A DNA stretch of 64,000 bases, taken from NCBI GenBank assembly GCA_965207445.1, contig CBDBLX010000002.1, positions 64,001 through 128,000 of the forward strand, written 5' to 3'. The notes under the pieces were generated by a model. That model worked only from the letters and a program-made list of their open reading frames with translations. It did no database searches and was not told where the DNA came from. Shown here one piece after another: positions 31,290-42,223 of the stretch. The translations under genes were made by a program, and so were the position numbers. This DNA comes from Nitrosopumilus sp. (GTDB lineage Archaea > Thermoproteota > Nitrososphaeria > Nitrososphaerales > Nitrosopumilaceae). Position 1 is the stretch's first letter, and each line of letters opens with the position of its first letter.

Positions 31290-31859
31290 CACCAACACAT
31301 CCCTATGAAATCCGAGAAGCGGACATTACATACATCCCGGCAGAAAAATCATGGGCCTATTGTTATATAATGATTGACGTCTTTACGCGGGTCTGGGTGA
31401 GATACACCCTGAGCACTACTACCAATGCAACTGCCGCTGTAAAGACGCTACTTGATGCACTACATAGGCATCCCAAAGCAGATCTTACCAAGCTCACGAT
31501 ACGTACTGAGCATGGTAGTCAGTATACGAGCAAAGAATTCAATTTAACCATTAGTGCGCTGGATCTAAAACATGAATACATAAGGTACAAGACACCACAG
31601 CATAACGGACATTGTGAATCATTTCATGGAAAACTTAAATTCGAATATGTATGGCCAGCATATCCGGAATCCTTTCAAGAAGCAGAGAAGATCATACTGA
31701 GAGCATTAGTTGATTATAACAAACGACGTCTCCACTCTGTAATCGGATACATGCCGCCAGCAAAATTTGCATCCAAATGGGAAGAGGCAGAAAACTCATG
31801 ACTGGCGATCTCTCGATTTTTTCTCAAAAAACGCTCTCAATTCATAGGGGTCCAGCTCA
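31290..31859 (+). mobile_element. IS3-family remnant (integrase core ORF 31370-31801 plus right end)
   Basis: DITYIP...IDVFTR, HGSQY, NGHCESFHG and YNKRRLHS motifs; the end reads TGAGCTGGACCCC on the minus strand. Confidence 0.78.
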
Positions 31860-31897
31860 CGATCTTGATAATGAACAACGACATTTTTGAATTTTGT

Positions 31898-33886
31898 TTA
31901 TTCTTCTTTTTCTTGTGTTTGTTGCTTGTACCCTATATCTTTGATCTGACTCTTTCCAGATGGCAACACTCTAACAAAGTCATCAAGATGGATTATCTTT
32001 GTTATGGTCTCATTTACATTTAGAAATTCTGTTCTAATTCGCTTGGCGGCCTCTGCTAGATCAAAGCCGTGTGGTTCGATAATCGCATATATCACACAAT
32101 GAGATATGATGGGTTCTGGGGGCCCACATATCAATATATAATCATCATTATGTTTGATAATTCCAACTGCCAATCGCAACGTTTGAGCACGAATCAAGTT
32201 GCGTTGCCCCTGTATAGTAAATGATCCTTTTGGAAGAAATTGGCCTGTTGGTGCAGATTTTTTTACTTGGTCAGGATGCACCCAAAATGCACTCATGCCA
32301 TACATTCCCTCTTTCCATGCCCTGCTAAAGCATACAGTTGCATGTGCGACCTCATTCATGCTTACATCAGAAGGCGATACGGCATCTTTGAGTATGAAAA
32401 ATGGTGAGCCATGAACCTCTGCATGAAACACACGGTCATCTTTTGACATCTGCTTTCTAATAACAGCCGAGTTTGATGCAGCATCACGTCCGCCTACTGC
32501 AAGGGAGCCATCAGATGTCAAGAACCATCTATACCTTTCAAACCAGCTCTTTTTGCGTATCTCAGAGGCTAGTTCATCGGCTTTGCTACGATCAGATTCG
32601 GCAGTGTTTTGTAGTTTGGCAAGTTTGCGTTGTGCCTCTTGCATCGATTTTTGTATGGCAGGTGCCGCTTTTGCCTGATGCTTTGCCTCATCAAACAGTT
32701 TGGATGCTACTGATTGTAGTGAGGTTTCCATGTTTACGTTTATTTTTTTATTATCAGATATTAAGATTAGATGCGCACCCTTTTCTTGAATTATACGAGC
32801 GTTGCACTGTTCTAATGCAGGGGTTATTTGCGCATCTGACATTGACAGTACACCTTGAGACGCAAGGCTCATCAGTGATCGCGCCAATGCACTGATAGAC
32901 TCTGATCGGTCCATTACAAGACGTATGGCTTTTTCTTGCTCGATAATCTTTGTCTGTAGATCTTTTATTCTAGTTGCAGAGTGTGATGTTTTGACATCTC
33001 TTGCCTTTCCAATTAATGATTCTGTGAATATTTTATCTAGTCCTGCCATAAAGGTCGACACAGACATTATTTTTTTACTAGATTCAGAGTCAGATGTATC
33101 TGGGATTATATCTTTGATTGGAATGGCCTCTGATTTGTCACCATCATATATTATGGCAGGTCTATGATTGCCATTTATGATATCAGAGACTAGTCTTTGA
33201 ATAGTAGAAAATATTGTATTTACTTGTTCTGTGTTTAGTTGTTGTCCGATAGTTCCAGATTTGATATTTGATATGTACAGTATGCCTTCTGCATATTTTT
33301 TTGGCAAGCCTAGTGAGCGGCCAATCCATCTTGCAACTGCCATATCAGTGTCCTGTAATTTGTTAAAATGATGCGCAGAGAGATTTAAAATATCAATTGT
33401 ATTTTCTGCATCATTACCAGAGATGGCGGGAGGTGGCATATACACAGATCCAACATTTAATGTTCTGTGTCTGACGTTTACTGAACGCATCAGTGCAAGT
33501 ATCTTCATATTTTGCTCATCACATAAGATTACATTACCATCACCGAATAATTCTACTACCAAGACGTAATGATTATCGAACCCTTCAAACGTAAGATAGA
33601 CAATACGCTCAGCACCTATCTGTTTAATACCCTCTAGTCTCATGCGCAAAAGGTTGCTTCGCAGACGCCGCTGCATCTTGTTTTCTTCTATCTGGCTTAG
33701 TTTAGTTGATGTTAACCATATGCCAAACACAGAGATCATTAAAAACAAGTCGTCTTTGGTGGTGTGATGTAGCTTGAAGAGTATACTGTCGCGTGTGATG
33801 CCATAGATGTTATTGACATAATAGCCGTCTAGTTGATCAGAGATATGATCTACAATAAAACGAAGTTCTATTCCAGCAAGGGCCAT
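31898..33886 (-). CDS. rqcH: Ribosome quality-control factor Rqc2/RqcH (NEMF family)
   Basis: ELFGDGN, WFERYRWF, GGRDA and PTGQFLPKGSF motifs. Confidence 0.92.
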   Translation of the reverse strand: MALAGIELRFIVDHISDQLDGYYVNNIYGITRDSILFKLHHTTKDDLFLMISVFGIWLTSTKLSQIEENKMQRRLRSNLLRMRLEGIKQIGAERIVYLTFEGFDNHYVLVVELFGDGNVILCDEQNMKILALMRSVNVRHRTLNVGSVYMPPPAISGNDAENTIDILNLSAHHFNKLQDTDMAVARWIGRSLGLPKKYAEGILYISNIKSGTIGQQLNTEQVNTIFSTIQRLVSDIINGNHRPAIIYDGDKSEAIPIKDIIPDTSDSESSKKIMSVSTFMAGLDKIFTESLIGKARDVKTSHSATRIKDLQTKIIEQEKAIRLVMDRSESISALARSLMSLASQGVLSMSDAQITPALEQCNARIIQEKGAHLILISDNKKINVNMETSLQSVASKLFDEAKHQAKAAPAIQKSMQEAQRKLAKLQNTAESDRSKADELASEIRKKSWFERYRWFLTSDGSLAVGGRDAASNSAVIRKQMSKDDRVFHAEVHGSPFFILKDAVSPSDVSMNEVAHATVCFSRAWKEGMYGMSAFWVHPDQVKKSAPTGQFLPKGSFTIQGQRNLIRAQTLRLAVGIIKHNDDYILICGPPEPIISHCVIYAIIEPHGFDLAEAAKRIRTEFLNVNETITKIIHLDDFVRVLPSGKSQIKDIGYKQQTQEKEE

Positions 33887-34196
33887 TATAATATTCGTAA
33901 TATACGTAAATTAAACTCCTTGCCAATTATGATTATCTGCTAGACTGTCAGTCCAGTCACTTGCAAACACGTCTCCAAACAAGCCTGATATTTGTTATAT
34001 TTGCATAATAAAATTAAAAGTTTGAAACGAGTTTGCAGAGATGACAAGTACTCAGTCTAATCCCAAAAACATGTCACAGCATATTTGGTCCAATTTTGGT
34101 ATCACATGTGATATTACGATCAGATGTAGATGATTAAAAATAGTTAAACAACACAAAAGGTATTAAACAAGGCATAGGGAATACACGCTAGATTAC

Positions 34197-34694
34197 TTGG
34201 CAAAATTCAAAAAGAGAAAATCAAATCCGACGGTAACAAAAGACGGCAAAACCACAAAACAAGACACGTCTGATATACCACCTACTGAACATGTAGATGA
34301 TGAACGTCCAACAGTAAGGCCACCACCAGGGCCTCCTCCACCACCCATTGATCCACCATTCTCAGAGGCAGAAAGGAGTGAAAAAGACCGCAAGCTCAAC
34401 CAACTGTTCTGGTTGCGCATAATAGTTTCAGTTTCAGCAGGAATAGCTGCCACATTTGTCTTTGAGGGTATTGAGGGAGAAGAACGGAGATGGGCATCTA
34501 TTGCATTTATGATTATACTGTTTATTGCCACGATCATAGTAGCAAAGAGCATGAAGATGCAGCTGCCATCATCTGATAGAAAAAAGATCGTCACACAAGC
34601 ACTTGGCAGCTACGTATTTTTGTATTTGTTCACTTGGATTGTATCATATACTCTAGTGAACCTGGAGAATGTACAAAATGGAATCAATCTCTAA
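34197..34694 (+). CDS. Small membrane protein, 3 TM segments, Pro-rich N-terminus (possibly EMC6-like)
   Basis: Hydrophobic segments ending LFTWIVSYTL; lies upstream of the cbi genes. Confidence 0.6.
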   Translation: MAKFKKRKSNPTVTKDGKTTKQDTSDIPPTEHVDDERPTVRPPPGPPPPPIDPPFSEAERSEKDRKLNQLFWLRIIVSVSAGIAATFVFEGIEGEERRWASIAFMIILFIATIIVAKSMKMQLPSSDRKKIVTQALGSYVFLYLFTWIVSYTLVNLENVQNGINL

Positions 34695-35355
34695 AAAGAT
34701 TCCAAAAGAGGCAATAGGGAATCACACTTACTGGGGTTCGATGTCACCTGGTATTCCTGATGAGTACTTTGAGAGGACAGAAAATGTTCCCATCACAAAA
34801 CAAGAGATACGTAGTATAATCATCAACAGAGCAAGACTCCATTCGGGTAATTGCATATTGGAGGTAGGAAGTGGTTCGGGTTCTGTCACAGTCGAGGTTG
34901 CAATTCAACTAGGCCAAAAAGGAATCGTCACAACAATTGATCATGATAAAAATGCAGTTAAACTTACAAAAAAGAACCTAGCAAGATTTGGATTTGATTA
35001 CATGACAAAAATAGTACATGGTGATGCAGTAGATGTAATAATAAAAAAAGAAGAAGAAGAAGAACCAGTAACAAAGTACCAAGCAGTAATTATTGGTGGG
35101 ACGGGAGGAGACACTGCAAATATCATAAAGGCGTGCTCTGATCAATTGATCAAAGGTGGTCGAATGGTAATCAGTACAATACAGATAGAGACACTAAGCG
35201 CAGTACTAGACACATTATACAACATGCAATTCAAAGAGATAGATGTGACACAAGCTACCATATCAAAGAGTCGTAAGACATCAAGTGGCACCATGATGCT
35301 TGCTCGAAATCCAGTCACAATAGTATCTGCGACTCAAAATTCAGATACTAGTTAA
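34669..35355 (+). CDS. cbiT: Cobalt-precorrin-6B C15-methyltransferase CbiT
   Basis: PGIPDEYF, PITKQEIR, EVGSGSGS and ARNPV motifs. Confidence 0.9.
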   Translation: MYKMESISKKIPKEAIGNHTYWGSMSPGIPDEYFERTENVPITKQEIRSIIINRARLHSGNCILEVGSGSGSVTVEVAIQLGQKGIVTTIDHDKNAVKLTKKNLARFGFDYMTKIVHGDAVDVIIKKEEEEEPVTKYQAVIIGGTGGDTANIIKACSDQLIKGGRMVISTIQIETLSAVLDTLYNMQFKEIDVTQATISKSRKTSSGTMMLARNPVTIVSATQNSDTS

Positions 35356-35459
35356 GATGAGATTAAGAATATCAGGTTCTGGTGCGATCATAGTGTTGCG
35401 ATCATAGTGTTGCCAATCAAATGTGCATTAACATTAGATTAATTTAGATTAAAAATAGG

Positions 35460-36221
35460 TTGCCACACACCAACATTATGGCAGGTTTGATAGGAATAGG
35501 TGTAGGTCCTGGTGATGCAGAGTTATTGACCATCAAGGCAGTGCGCGCAATACACAATGCAGATATTATCATGTGTCCAGCATCTGCACCTGACAGAGAC
35601 AGTATAGCATATTCTATCGTCTCAGATGTGATAAATGACAATCCGACTCAAAAAAAAAATAAACAGCAAAAAGTTATAAAATTGATTTTCCCAATGACAA
35701 AAGATCGCAACATATTAGAAGAGACATGGCGTCGTAACGCAGAGATCATGGCTCAAACAGTAGCAACAGGTAAGAATATTGTATATTTGACAGTCGGCGA
35801 TCCGTATCTGTACAGTACATGGATATACATGCACAGGCACTTGCGCGCCAAGTATCCAGATATGAGCATATCAGTAATACCGGGTATCGTGTCAATGTTT
35901 TCGTTTGCATCAAAGGTAGGAGTCAGTGTCGCAGAAGGAGCAGAGAAAGTGGCAGTAATTCCTTCTTGTTATGATATGGCAGGCGTCAAAGAGATAGCTA
36001 GACATGCAGAATCAATGATATTTCTCAAAGATGGCAGATACTTTGATCAAGTGATACAAGTATTACGTGAGTCTGGATTTGGTCCAAAGTCGATATTTGC
36101 AATAGGTCAATCACTAGGAACAGAACAAGAGGTAATACAAAAGATGACATTAGATGAGGTAGACGATGCAGATTTAGGCTCAAGATACTTTTCGATATTG
36201 GTGGTCAAGCGTGTCAACTAA
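35460..36221 (+). CDS. cbiL: Cobalt-precorrin-2 C20-methyltransferase
   Basis: GVGPGDAELLTIKA, FPMTKD, GDPYLYST and YFS motifs. Confidence 0.9.
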   Translation: MPHTNIMAGLIGIGVGPGDAELLTIKAVRAIHNADIIMCPASAPDRDSIAYSIVSDVINDNPTQKKNKQQKVIKLIFPMTKDRNILEETWRRNAEIMAQTVATGKNIVYLTVGDPYLYSTWIYMHRHLRAKYPDMSISVIPGIVSMFSFASKVGVSVAEGAEKVAVIPSCYDMAGVKEIARHAESMIFLKDGRYFDQVIQVLRESGFGPKSIFAIGQSLGTEQEVIQKMTLDEVDDADLGSRYFSILVVKRVN

Positions 36222-36990
36222 TAAAAAAGAGGTATATTTTGTTGGGTGCGGTCCAGGCGATCCTGAACTAGTCACGATAAAGGCGCAAAAACTGATCAAA
36301 AGTGCCGATGTTATAGTGTACTCTGGCTCATTGATTCCACCACAGATCATCGCAATGGCAAAAAAAACGGCAGAATTGCATGATGCAGCAAAGATGATAA
36401 GAGAAGAGATATTCGATACGTTATACCAAAGTGCAATTAAATGTAAGATTGTGTTGCGTCTGCACGACGGTGATCCTGCTATATATGGTGCCATCAAAGA
36501 ACAGATTGATGCATTACATAAAAAAGAGATACAAACCAAAATCATACCAGGCGTCACATCATTTTTAGCATCAGCGGCTGCTTTGGGTACACAACTCACA
36601 CTACCAGGTGTCACACAGACTATGATAATCACCAGAGCCGAATCACGCACCAAAGTACCAGATGCCGAATCCATATCAAAGTTAGCAGCGCACAAGGCAA
36701 CTATGATATTTTATCTTAGTGTACACTTATTAGATGAGATTGTATCAGAATCCATCAAGGGGGGTTACAAAAGTACTACGCCTGTTGCTGTGATATATCG
36801 TGCAAGTTGGGACGATCAAAAAGTGATTAAAAGTACATTAAATGACATTAAACAGAAAACAAAGGATGCGCACATTACGAAAACTGCAATTGTAATTATC
36901 GGTGACGTGATAAATCCAGAGTCGTACGAATATTCTAGACTGTATGACAAAGAGTTTAGCCACGGATATAGAAAGGCAATAAAAAATTAA
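36211..36990 (+). CDS. cbiF: Cobalt-precorrin-4 C11-methyltransferase
   Basis: GCGPGDPEL, RLHDGDP, TLPGVTQT and SRLYDKEFSHGYR motifs. Confidence 0.92.
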   Translation: MSTNKKEVYFVGCGPGDPELVTIKAQKLIKSADVIVYSGSLIPPQIIAMAKKTAELHDAAKMIREEIFDTLYQSAIKCKIVLRLHDGDPAIYGAIKEQIDALHKKEIQTKIIPGVTSFLASAAALGTQLTLPGVTQTMIITRAESRTKVPDAESISKLAAHKATMIFYLSVHLLDEIVSESIKGGYKSTTPVAVIYRASWDDQKVIKSTLNDIKQKTKDAHITKTAIVIIGDVINPESYEYSRLYDKEFSHGYRKAIKN

Positions 36991-37208
36991 ATCGTACACA
37001 AACCCTCACATGACACATGATTAATTTATTATTTTAAAAACAGTAACGATAGTCTAGTTATCATAAATAGAAACAATTTTTCCCACCTACAAATATTCAT
37101 TGTAAGTTAAAAATCTACATAAAAAATTATGATTCAATATAATCATAATCAGTATCATAATCATAATCAGTATCGTAATCATAATAATCAAAATTATAAC
37201 AATAATAA

Positions 37209-37994
37209 TCAAAATTTTTGCACAGTTTCAATAATTCCAAGTTTCCTCAAATTATCTTGCAGTATGTCATAATTACCAGTAGCATATATCTCTAAACTAC
37301 CCTTGTCTGATTTTTTATACGGATATTTTATGGATATTAATTCTGCCACATTGCGTGCAGGATTTAAAAATTTTACAAGAGGAAATTCTTTTTGCAATAG
37401 TGGTGACAAAAACGGTAAATGTGTACTAGACAGTGTCATGGTATCAATATCATACTTGGATATGACAGGTGTCAATGTCTGACGTATTAAAACACGGCAC
37501 GACTGCACACATTTCAAAAACAAGCCAGACTCTACTGCATCAACAAGTACAGATGCATCGATTCGATGAACTGTAATGTTGCGTATATCATGCAGTGTAT
37601 ATTTTTTGATCAGTTGATCTAATCCTGCACTCTTTATACTAGATGCTGTTGCAAGTATACCAATGTTGCAAGTCTGAGATAGTTTGATGGCACTCTCAAG
37701 TGGAGGCCTCACGCCCATCACATACACACCTTTGCAGTATCCATCATCAATACCCAAGACCATAGTAGGTGTATTTGAAGCAATTACAATCACGTCAGGA
37801 TCAAAACGTTCTTTGATATTTTGTATAGTGGTGTGTATGATCTGCTCTAGTTGCTCTTTTGATTTTATGCCATATGGAAAGTTCATTGTATCAGCAAGAT
37901 AGATGATCTCGCTTGTTTTGTTCATCTTTTGTAGCTCTCTTATCACCGATAATGAGCCTAAACCAGAGTCAAAAACCACAATTCTAGCCACCAC
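37209..37994 (-). CDS. Glutamate racemase (MurI)-like protein with Ser at both catalytic Cys positions
   Basis: FDSGLGSLSV, FPYG and GILAT motifs; IASNT and LSSTH replace IACNT and LGCTH. Confidence 0.8.
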   Translation of the reverse strand: MVARIVVFDSGLGSLSVIRELQKMNKTSEIIYLADTMNFPYGIKSKEQLEQIIHTTIQNIKERFDPDVIVIASNTPTMVLGIDDGYCKGVYVMGVRPPLESAIKLSQTCNIGILATASSIKSAGLDQLIKKYTLHDIRNITVHRIDASVLVDAVESGLFLKCVQSCRVLIRQTLTPVISKYDIDTMTLSSTHLPFLSPLLQKEFPLVKFLNPARNVAELISIKYPYKKSDKGSLEIYATGNYDILQDNLRKLGIIETVQKF

Positions 37995-38082
37995 AATTAG
38001 TGAATTTGGTTTGAATAATTTAGTTTTTTAGCCAAAAAAAACTGACTAGCGTCGTTAAGTACAAACTTTATGACAAGGTATT

Positions 38083-38742
38083 ATGGCAAGTAACTTCGAC
38101 AAAAACTGGGCTAGACCAGACACCCGAAGTGTAGCTGACAAGTTTCGTGATGCTACAAGGCCGCAGGGCCCGCTCAAGCCTCGAATCCAGACTGCAGTTA
38201 ATGGGTTGCAAGTTCAGATCACAAAGATGGACAGCATGCTCAAGAAACTTGGTGAAAAGGATCAAAAGCTATTTCAGCGGGTCGTCGCAGCCATGCAGCA
38301 GCATGACAGTGCAGCTAGTAGGGTTTACTCTAACGAGTTAGCAGAGGTACGTAAAGTTACAAAGATGCTAAGCAATATGAGGATGGCACTCGAGCAGAGC
38401 CAACTCAGACTGACCACCGTTCATGACTTGGGCGACGCCATGGTAGCACTCCAGCCGGCAATGTCCACTATGAAGGGACTAAAGTCATCGCTTGGAAAGT
38501 TCATGCCAGAGGCCGATTCAGAGCTCAATGCAATGACGCAGACGCTCAATGGTCTTATGATGGACTCACTTGCAGGCGACTCTTTTGGTATGGAATCAGA
38601 TGTATCCAACGAAGAGACAGAAGAGATATTGCGACAAGCATCGGCAGTTGCAGAGCAGCAGACCGCTCAGCAGTTCCCATCTGTACCTTCGACTACAGGA
38701 TCTTCGTCCCAGATGACAAGCACATCAAACTTTGTTCCGTAA
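38083..38742 (+). CDS. cdvB: ESCRT-III / Snf7-family cell division protein (CdvB paralog)
   Basis: Helical sequence ELAEVRK...LEQSQLRLTT...GDAMVAL with an acidic C-terminal EEILRQA..VAE. Confidence 0.85.
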   Translation: MASNFDKNWARPDTRSVADKFRDATRPQGPLKPRIQTAVNGLQVQITKMDSMLKKLGEKDQKLFQRVVAAMQQHDSAASRVYSNELAEVRKVTKMLSNMRMALEQSQLRLTTVHDLGDAMVALQPAMSTMKGLKSSLGKFMPEADSELNAMTQTLNGLMMDSLAGDSFGMESDVSNEETEEILRQASAVAEQQTAQQFPSVPSTTGSSSQMTSTSNFVP

Positions 38743-38858
38743 TAGGAACAAGTATTTTTCTTTTTTATTATTTTTATGTTATGATCATAAATTGTAATTA
38801 TATGTATTAATATTAAATATACATTTATTATGATTCATAAATATATAATGACAAAAAA

Positions 38859-40031
38859 TTATTCCCAAACATTTTCACGAAATGTGAGTTTTTTGTTGAG
38901 TATAAAGTTACTAAATGCGCCTATAGTAATTGCAATGAATAGTGCAAATGGATATGACATACCATATGTGTCCACCAACCAGTACACAACGCCAAGTTGA
39001 ACAGCAGCACCTAGTGAGCTGAAGACTGCAAATCGGCCATACTGCGATAGTGTTCTTCGGAGTCCAAAGTCGGGATCCTCAAATGTCCATATTTTGTTGA
39101 GTATAAAGTTAGTTGAGAGTGACGTTATGATTCCAAGCACGTTTGCCTGAAGATACCAAAAGTCAGCAACGCCAGATGTGAATAGTGTCGACACCAAATA
39201 ATTGATTAAAAATCCTGATGCGCCTACCGTAAAGAATCGGGCAGCCTTTGAGAAGAACCTTACTGACTTTCGTTTTTCTGTAGGTTCATCTCGTAATTTT
39301 TTACTCTTGTATAGCTTCCATACAGCATGCATATATTCGACGCCCGTCTTGTATATGGATGCGTCTAGTTTACTCTCACCTAATTTACGATTCACAAATG
39401 TATACGGTATCTCTTTGACAGTAATGGTTTTGTCTGCCTTTACTAGTAACTCTAACAAAAATTTATACCCCAAGGCATCAAATGTCAGACCATTTATGAT
39501 ATTTCGCTTAAATACAAAGAATCCTGACATAGGGTCCTTTGTCTTTACACGCAATCCTAGTTTGGCAATCATAGCACCACACTTGCTTATGATCTTGCGC
39601 TTCATAGTCCAGCCATATGTATTGCCACCTTGCACATATCTTGAGGCAATAACTAAATCACATTGGTACTGTTTGATAGTCTCTAAGAGACGCGGTATGA
39701 CTTGAGGGGGGTGTGAGAAATCAGAGTCCATCACTACAATAATGTCTGCTTTTGCATTTTGAATGCCATTTAGTATCGCAGATGCAAGCCCACCCTGTTT
39801 TGCTTTACGATGTATTATATTGACAGTATCCTTTGCAAATTTTCTTACATTTTGGATATAATCATCTACCATACGACCCGTTCCATCAGGTGAATTGTCA
39901 TCTACGACAATGGTCTCTGCTAGAATGCCTTTTGGTATATTTTCACGTATTGACTTTAGTATTGATATGATGTTTTGTGACTCATTGTATGTTGGAAGTA
40001 TTATCGATACTTGTGGGGAGGAAGTGGTCAT
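38859..40031 (-). CDS. GT2 polyprenol-phosphate glycosyltransferase (DPM1-like) fused to a GtrA domain
   Basis: LPTYNE, VDDNSPDGT, MDSDFSH and DPMSGFF motifs; C-terminal GtrA (NFILNKIWTF). Confidence 0.9.
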   Translation of the reverse strand: MTTSSPQVSIILPTYNESQNIISILKSIRENIPKGILAETIVVDDNSPDGTGRMVDDYIQNVRKFAKDTVNIIHRKAKQGGLASAILNGIQNAKADIIVVMDSDFSHPPQVIPRLLETIKQYQCDLVIASRYVQGGNTYGWTMKRKIISKCGAMIAKLGLRVKTKDPMSGFFVFKRNIINGLTFDALGYKFLLELLVKADKTITVKEIPYTFVNRKLGESKLDASIYKTGVEYMHAVWKLYKSKKLRDEPTEKRKSVRFFSKAARFFTVGASGFLINYLVSTLFTSGVADFWYLQANVLGIITSLSTNFILNKIWTFEDPDFGLRRTLSQYGRFAVFSSLGAAVQLGVVYWLVDTYGMSYPFALFIAITIGAFSNFILNKKLTFRENVWE

Positions 40032-40094
40032 TGTATACTAGTTTACATGAATGAATATAAGGGTAATAGATGATCAAGTTAGACTCAATATGAC

Positions 40095-40161
40095 GTAAGC
40101 GTTCAGGTCTAATTATTGATGATCATAGGCAGGCACGCCTGCATGGGTCAATTAATGATAT
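40095..40161 (+). repeat. IS66-like end A, left copy (inverted partner at 43435-43501)
   Basis: Begins GTAAGCGTTCAGG; 63/67 identical to the reverse complement of 43435-43501. Confidence 0.85.
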
Positions 40162-40164
40162 TGC

Positions 40165-40589
40165 AGAGGATAACTATGACAAACTGGTTAACTGCAAAAA
40201 AGTCATTATTGTTAATTTTTTTACTGTCAAACTCAGAGTCACACCTTTCTAGACCGTTCACCTGATTCCGTTTTGACAAAAACATCCACACCATCAACCA
40301 ACATTTTGTAAAATGACTCGTTGTCAACAATTGACTGATGTGACGAGTTTCAAAGCACCTACCTTATCGCATCCTCTATTGAAGTCTCTGGGATGTTTGG
40401 GTTGATTCGCTGCAGTGCCACCCGCAGCCTACCTGTCAAAACTACCGACTGGTAATCATCGCGCAGTGCAAAAGAAGGTCCACCAGTCGGGTATTCTTCA
40501 TTACTCCCACGTATTATTTCATAACCAAGTGTCTCTAGCACGGATAAAGCATGTTCCTCCACATCTGATTCTGAAATTTGATTTATCAT
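40165..40589 (-). pseudogene. hsdR: Type I HsdR N-terminal fragment
   Basis: SESDVEE...LGY...VVLTGRLRVALQRINP, then stops, NESFYKMLVDGV and NNDFFAVNQF; truncated at the IS66-like end. Confidence 0.82.
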
Positions 40590-42214
40590 TTCTGGGCCAT
40601 CGTTTGGATTCTAATTTTTCCTGACAAGAGTTTTGGTAACAGCATGTCGCGTATGTTTGTTAATGATCTAGATGTGTATGTATTAGTCCTTATACATTTA
40701 TCGTATGCTGACAAATGTGTTTCAAATTGATGAATTAAATTGATAGGTGGTTCAACTGTCAATATATTTTCAAGTTGTTTTTTAGTAACAGCACCAAATA
40801 CAGTACCCATTGATTCGTATTGTTTTAGATCCTTTTGTAATGACCACATGTAATAATATGTAAATGATCTTGAATTTGTTTTATGTCTAATTGCTACAAT
40901 TCCTCTCCCTATACAACATGTTTCCCAAGCCATGTTTATTGCTCCAACAGGAGCTCTAACACTGATCAATGTATCATCTGTATGCACAATACAAGTGGGT
41001 TCTGTACAATATTTTCGATTTGTAGGGTATCTTAACCCAAAATCAGCACTACCTTGAAAGAATGGCAGTCCATTTTGTTCATCATTATATGTGTCGCTTG
41101 GTGGCGATTGGCCCATAACTAAATCAAAACAGTTTTCAAGCACATTTGTTTTCCACCCTTCTGGAATCATGCCTAGTTCTGAATCGACCAATGTATCTGG
41201 AAATAAATCATAGGCAGTTGATGGCAATCCTGGAAGTGATTGTCCTCGTTTCCAGCGCCCATCCATCTTGGCACGAACAGGCTCAAAATTTACAAACCAT
41301 GACTTGAACAACCTACGTGCAATTCTCTCCATGGTTTGGTTCATTTTGTTGTTTAATTCTATTTTAGAGTCAAGGTCAGAAAGAATTTTGGCAATTGCAT
41401 TTTGTTCTTGTATTAACGGTATGGTAATATTTATTTTTTTAAATATATCATTTTTAACTCTCTGTCTATCAGAAGTTCCAGTCATAGATTTTATAGCAAT
41501 ATCTCGCACCATAGTAGTTCTAGATAAATAATAAACAAAAATGGAATCAAGACGTTTATCTTTGGGCGCCAATATTATGAATTCCGTTGAACCCGCTCCA
41601 ATTTCATCTTTATCTAAAAAATCCACATAAGCGGTTTTTCCGTTTTCTAAACTTGGAGTAATTCGTGCAAAGAGAATATCACCATTTTGAAATTTTGATC
41701 CACTTGAGTAATTTTTTATTGTGTAATTTGAAATTTTTCGAGTAAAGGGTTTAAGATTTTCCATACTAACAAATTTCACAATGGTGTCTTTTTTTAAATT
41801 TCTTTTAGGGTCAATGTCAATCACATCACTAAATACTGCATGGATCCAGTTTTTTGGAGTAAATGTAGTTTCATTGGATTGTATTTTTGAGTTATTATTT
41901 TGGTTAGCAAACAGCAATGGTATTTTTTGTGCATTTATAATTTTTTTAAAGTTACTACTAATCGTTCTAAGATCAACAATATCTACAGTGTAAGGAAGAT
42001 TCGAATCATCAAACTCAATACTCATGTTTATCATAACATCATAGTCAATAGGTTGGGTACCCTCCACTGCAAGATCCAAATCGGATCCATCATGCGTGGT
42101 CCATTTTGCTCTGCTTCCAAACACCCAAACTCGTGTATTAGGTAGTAGGTACTTACGCAGTATGTCCAATATTATTTCCAATGAATCAGGACTAATATCA
42201 ATTGGATTTGGCAA
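40586..42214 (-). CDS. hsdS: MNT nucleotidyltransferase fused to a type I specificity subunit HsdS
   Basis: N-terminal FGSRAKWTTHDGSDLDL (GSX10DXD); two TRDs (GDILFARITP; MGQSP...SVRAPVG); conserved helices EQNAIAKILSDLDSKIELN and RDMLLPKLLSG. Confidence 0.9.
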   Translation of the reverse strand: MPNPIDISPDSLEIILDILRKYLLPNTRVWVFGSRAKWTTHDGSDLDLAVEGTQPIDYDVMINMSIEFDDSNLPYTVDIVDLRTISSNFKKIINAQKIPLLFANQNNNSKIQSNETTFTPKNWIHAVFSDVIDIDPKRNLKKDTIVKFVSMENLKPFTRKISNYTIKNYSSGSKFQNGDILFARITPSLENGKTAYVDFLDKDEIGAGSTEFIILAPKDKRLDSIFVYYLSRTTMVRDIAIKSMTGTSDRQRVKNDIFKKINITIPLIQEQNAIAKILSDLDSKIELNNKMNQTMERIARRLFKSWFVNFEPVRAKMDGRWKRGQSLPGLPSTAYDLFPDTLVDSELGMIPEGWKTNVLENCFDLVMGQSPPSDTYNDEQNGLPFFQGSADFGLRYPTNRKYCTEPTCIVHTDDTLISVRAPVGAINMAWETCCIGRGIVAIRHKTNSRSFTYYYMWSLQKDLKQYESMGTVFGAVTKKQLENILTVEPPINLIHQFETHLSAYDKCIRTNTYTSRSLTNIRDMLLPKLLSGKIRIQTMAQK

Positions 42215-42223
42215 GTAAATTAT

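Noticed and set aside
37130..37208. ATCATA-rich repeats (also 19420-19507 and 35382-35413)
   Set aside because: These are low-complexity intergenic microsatellites with no further structure.
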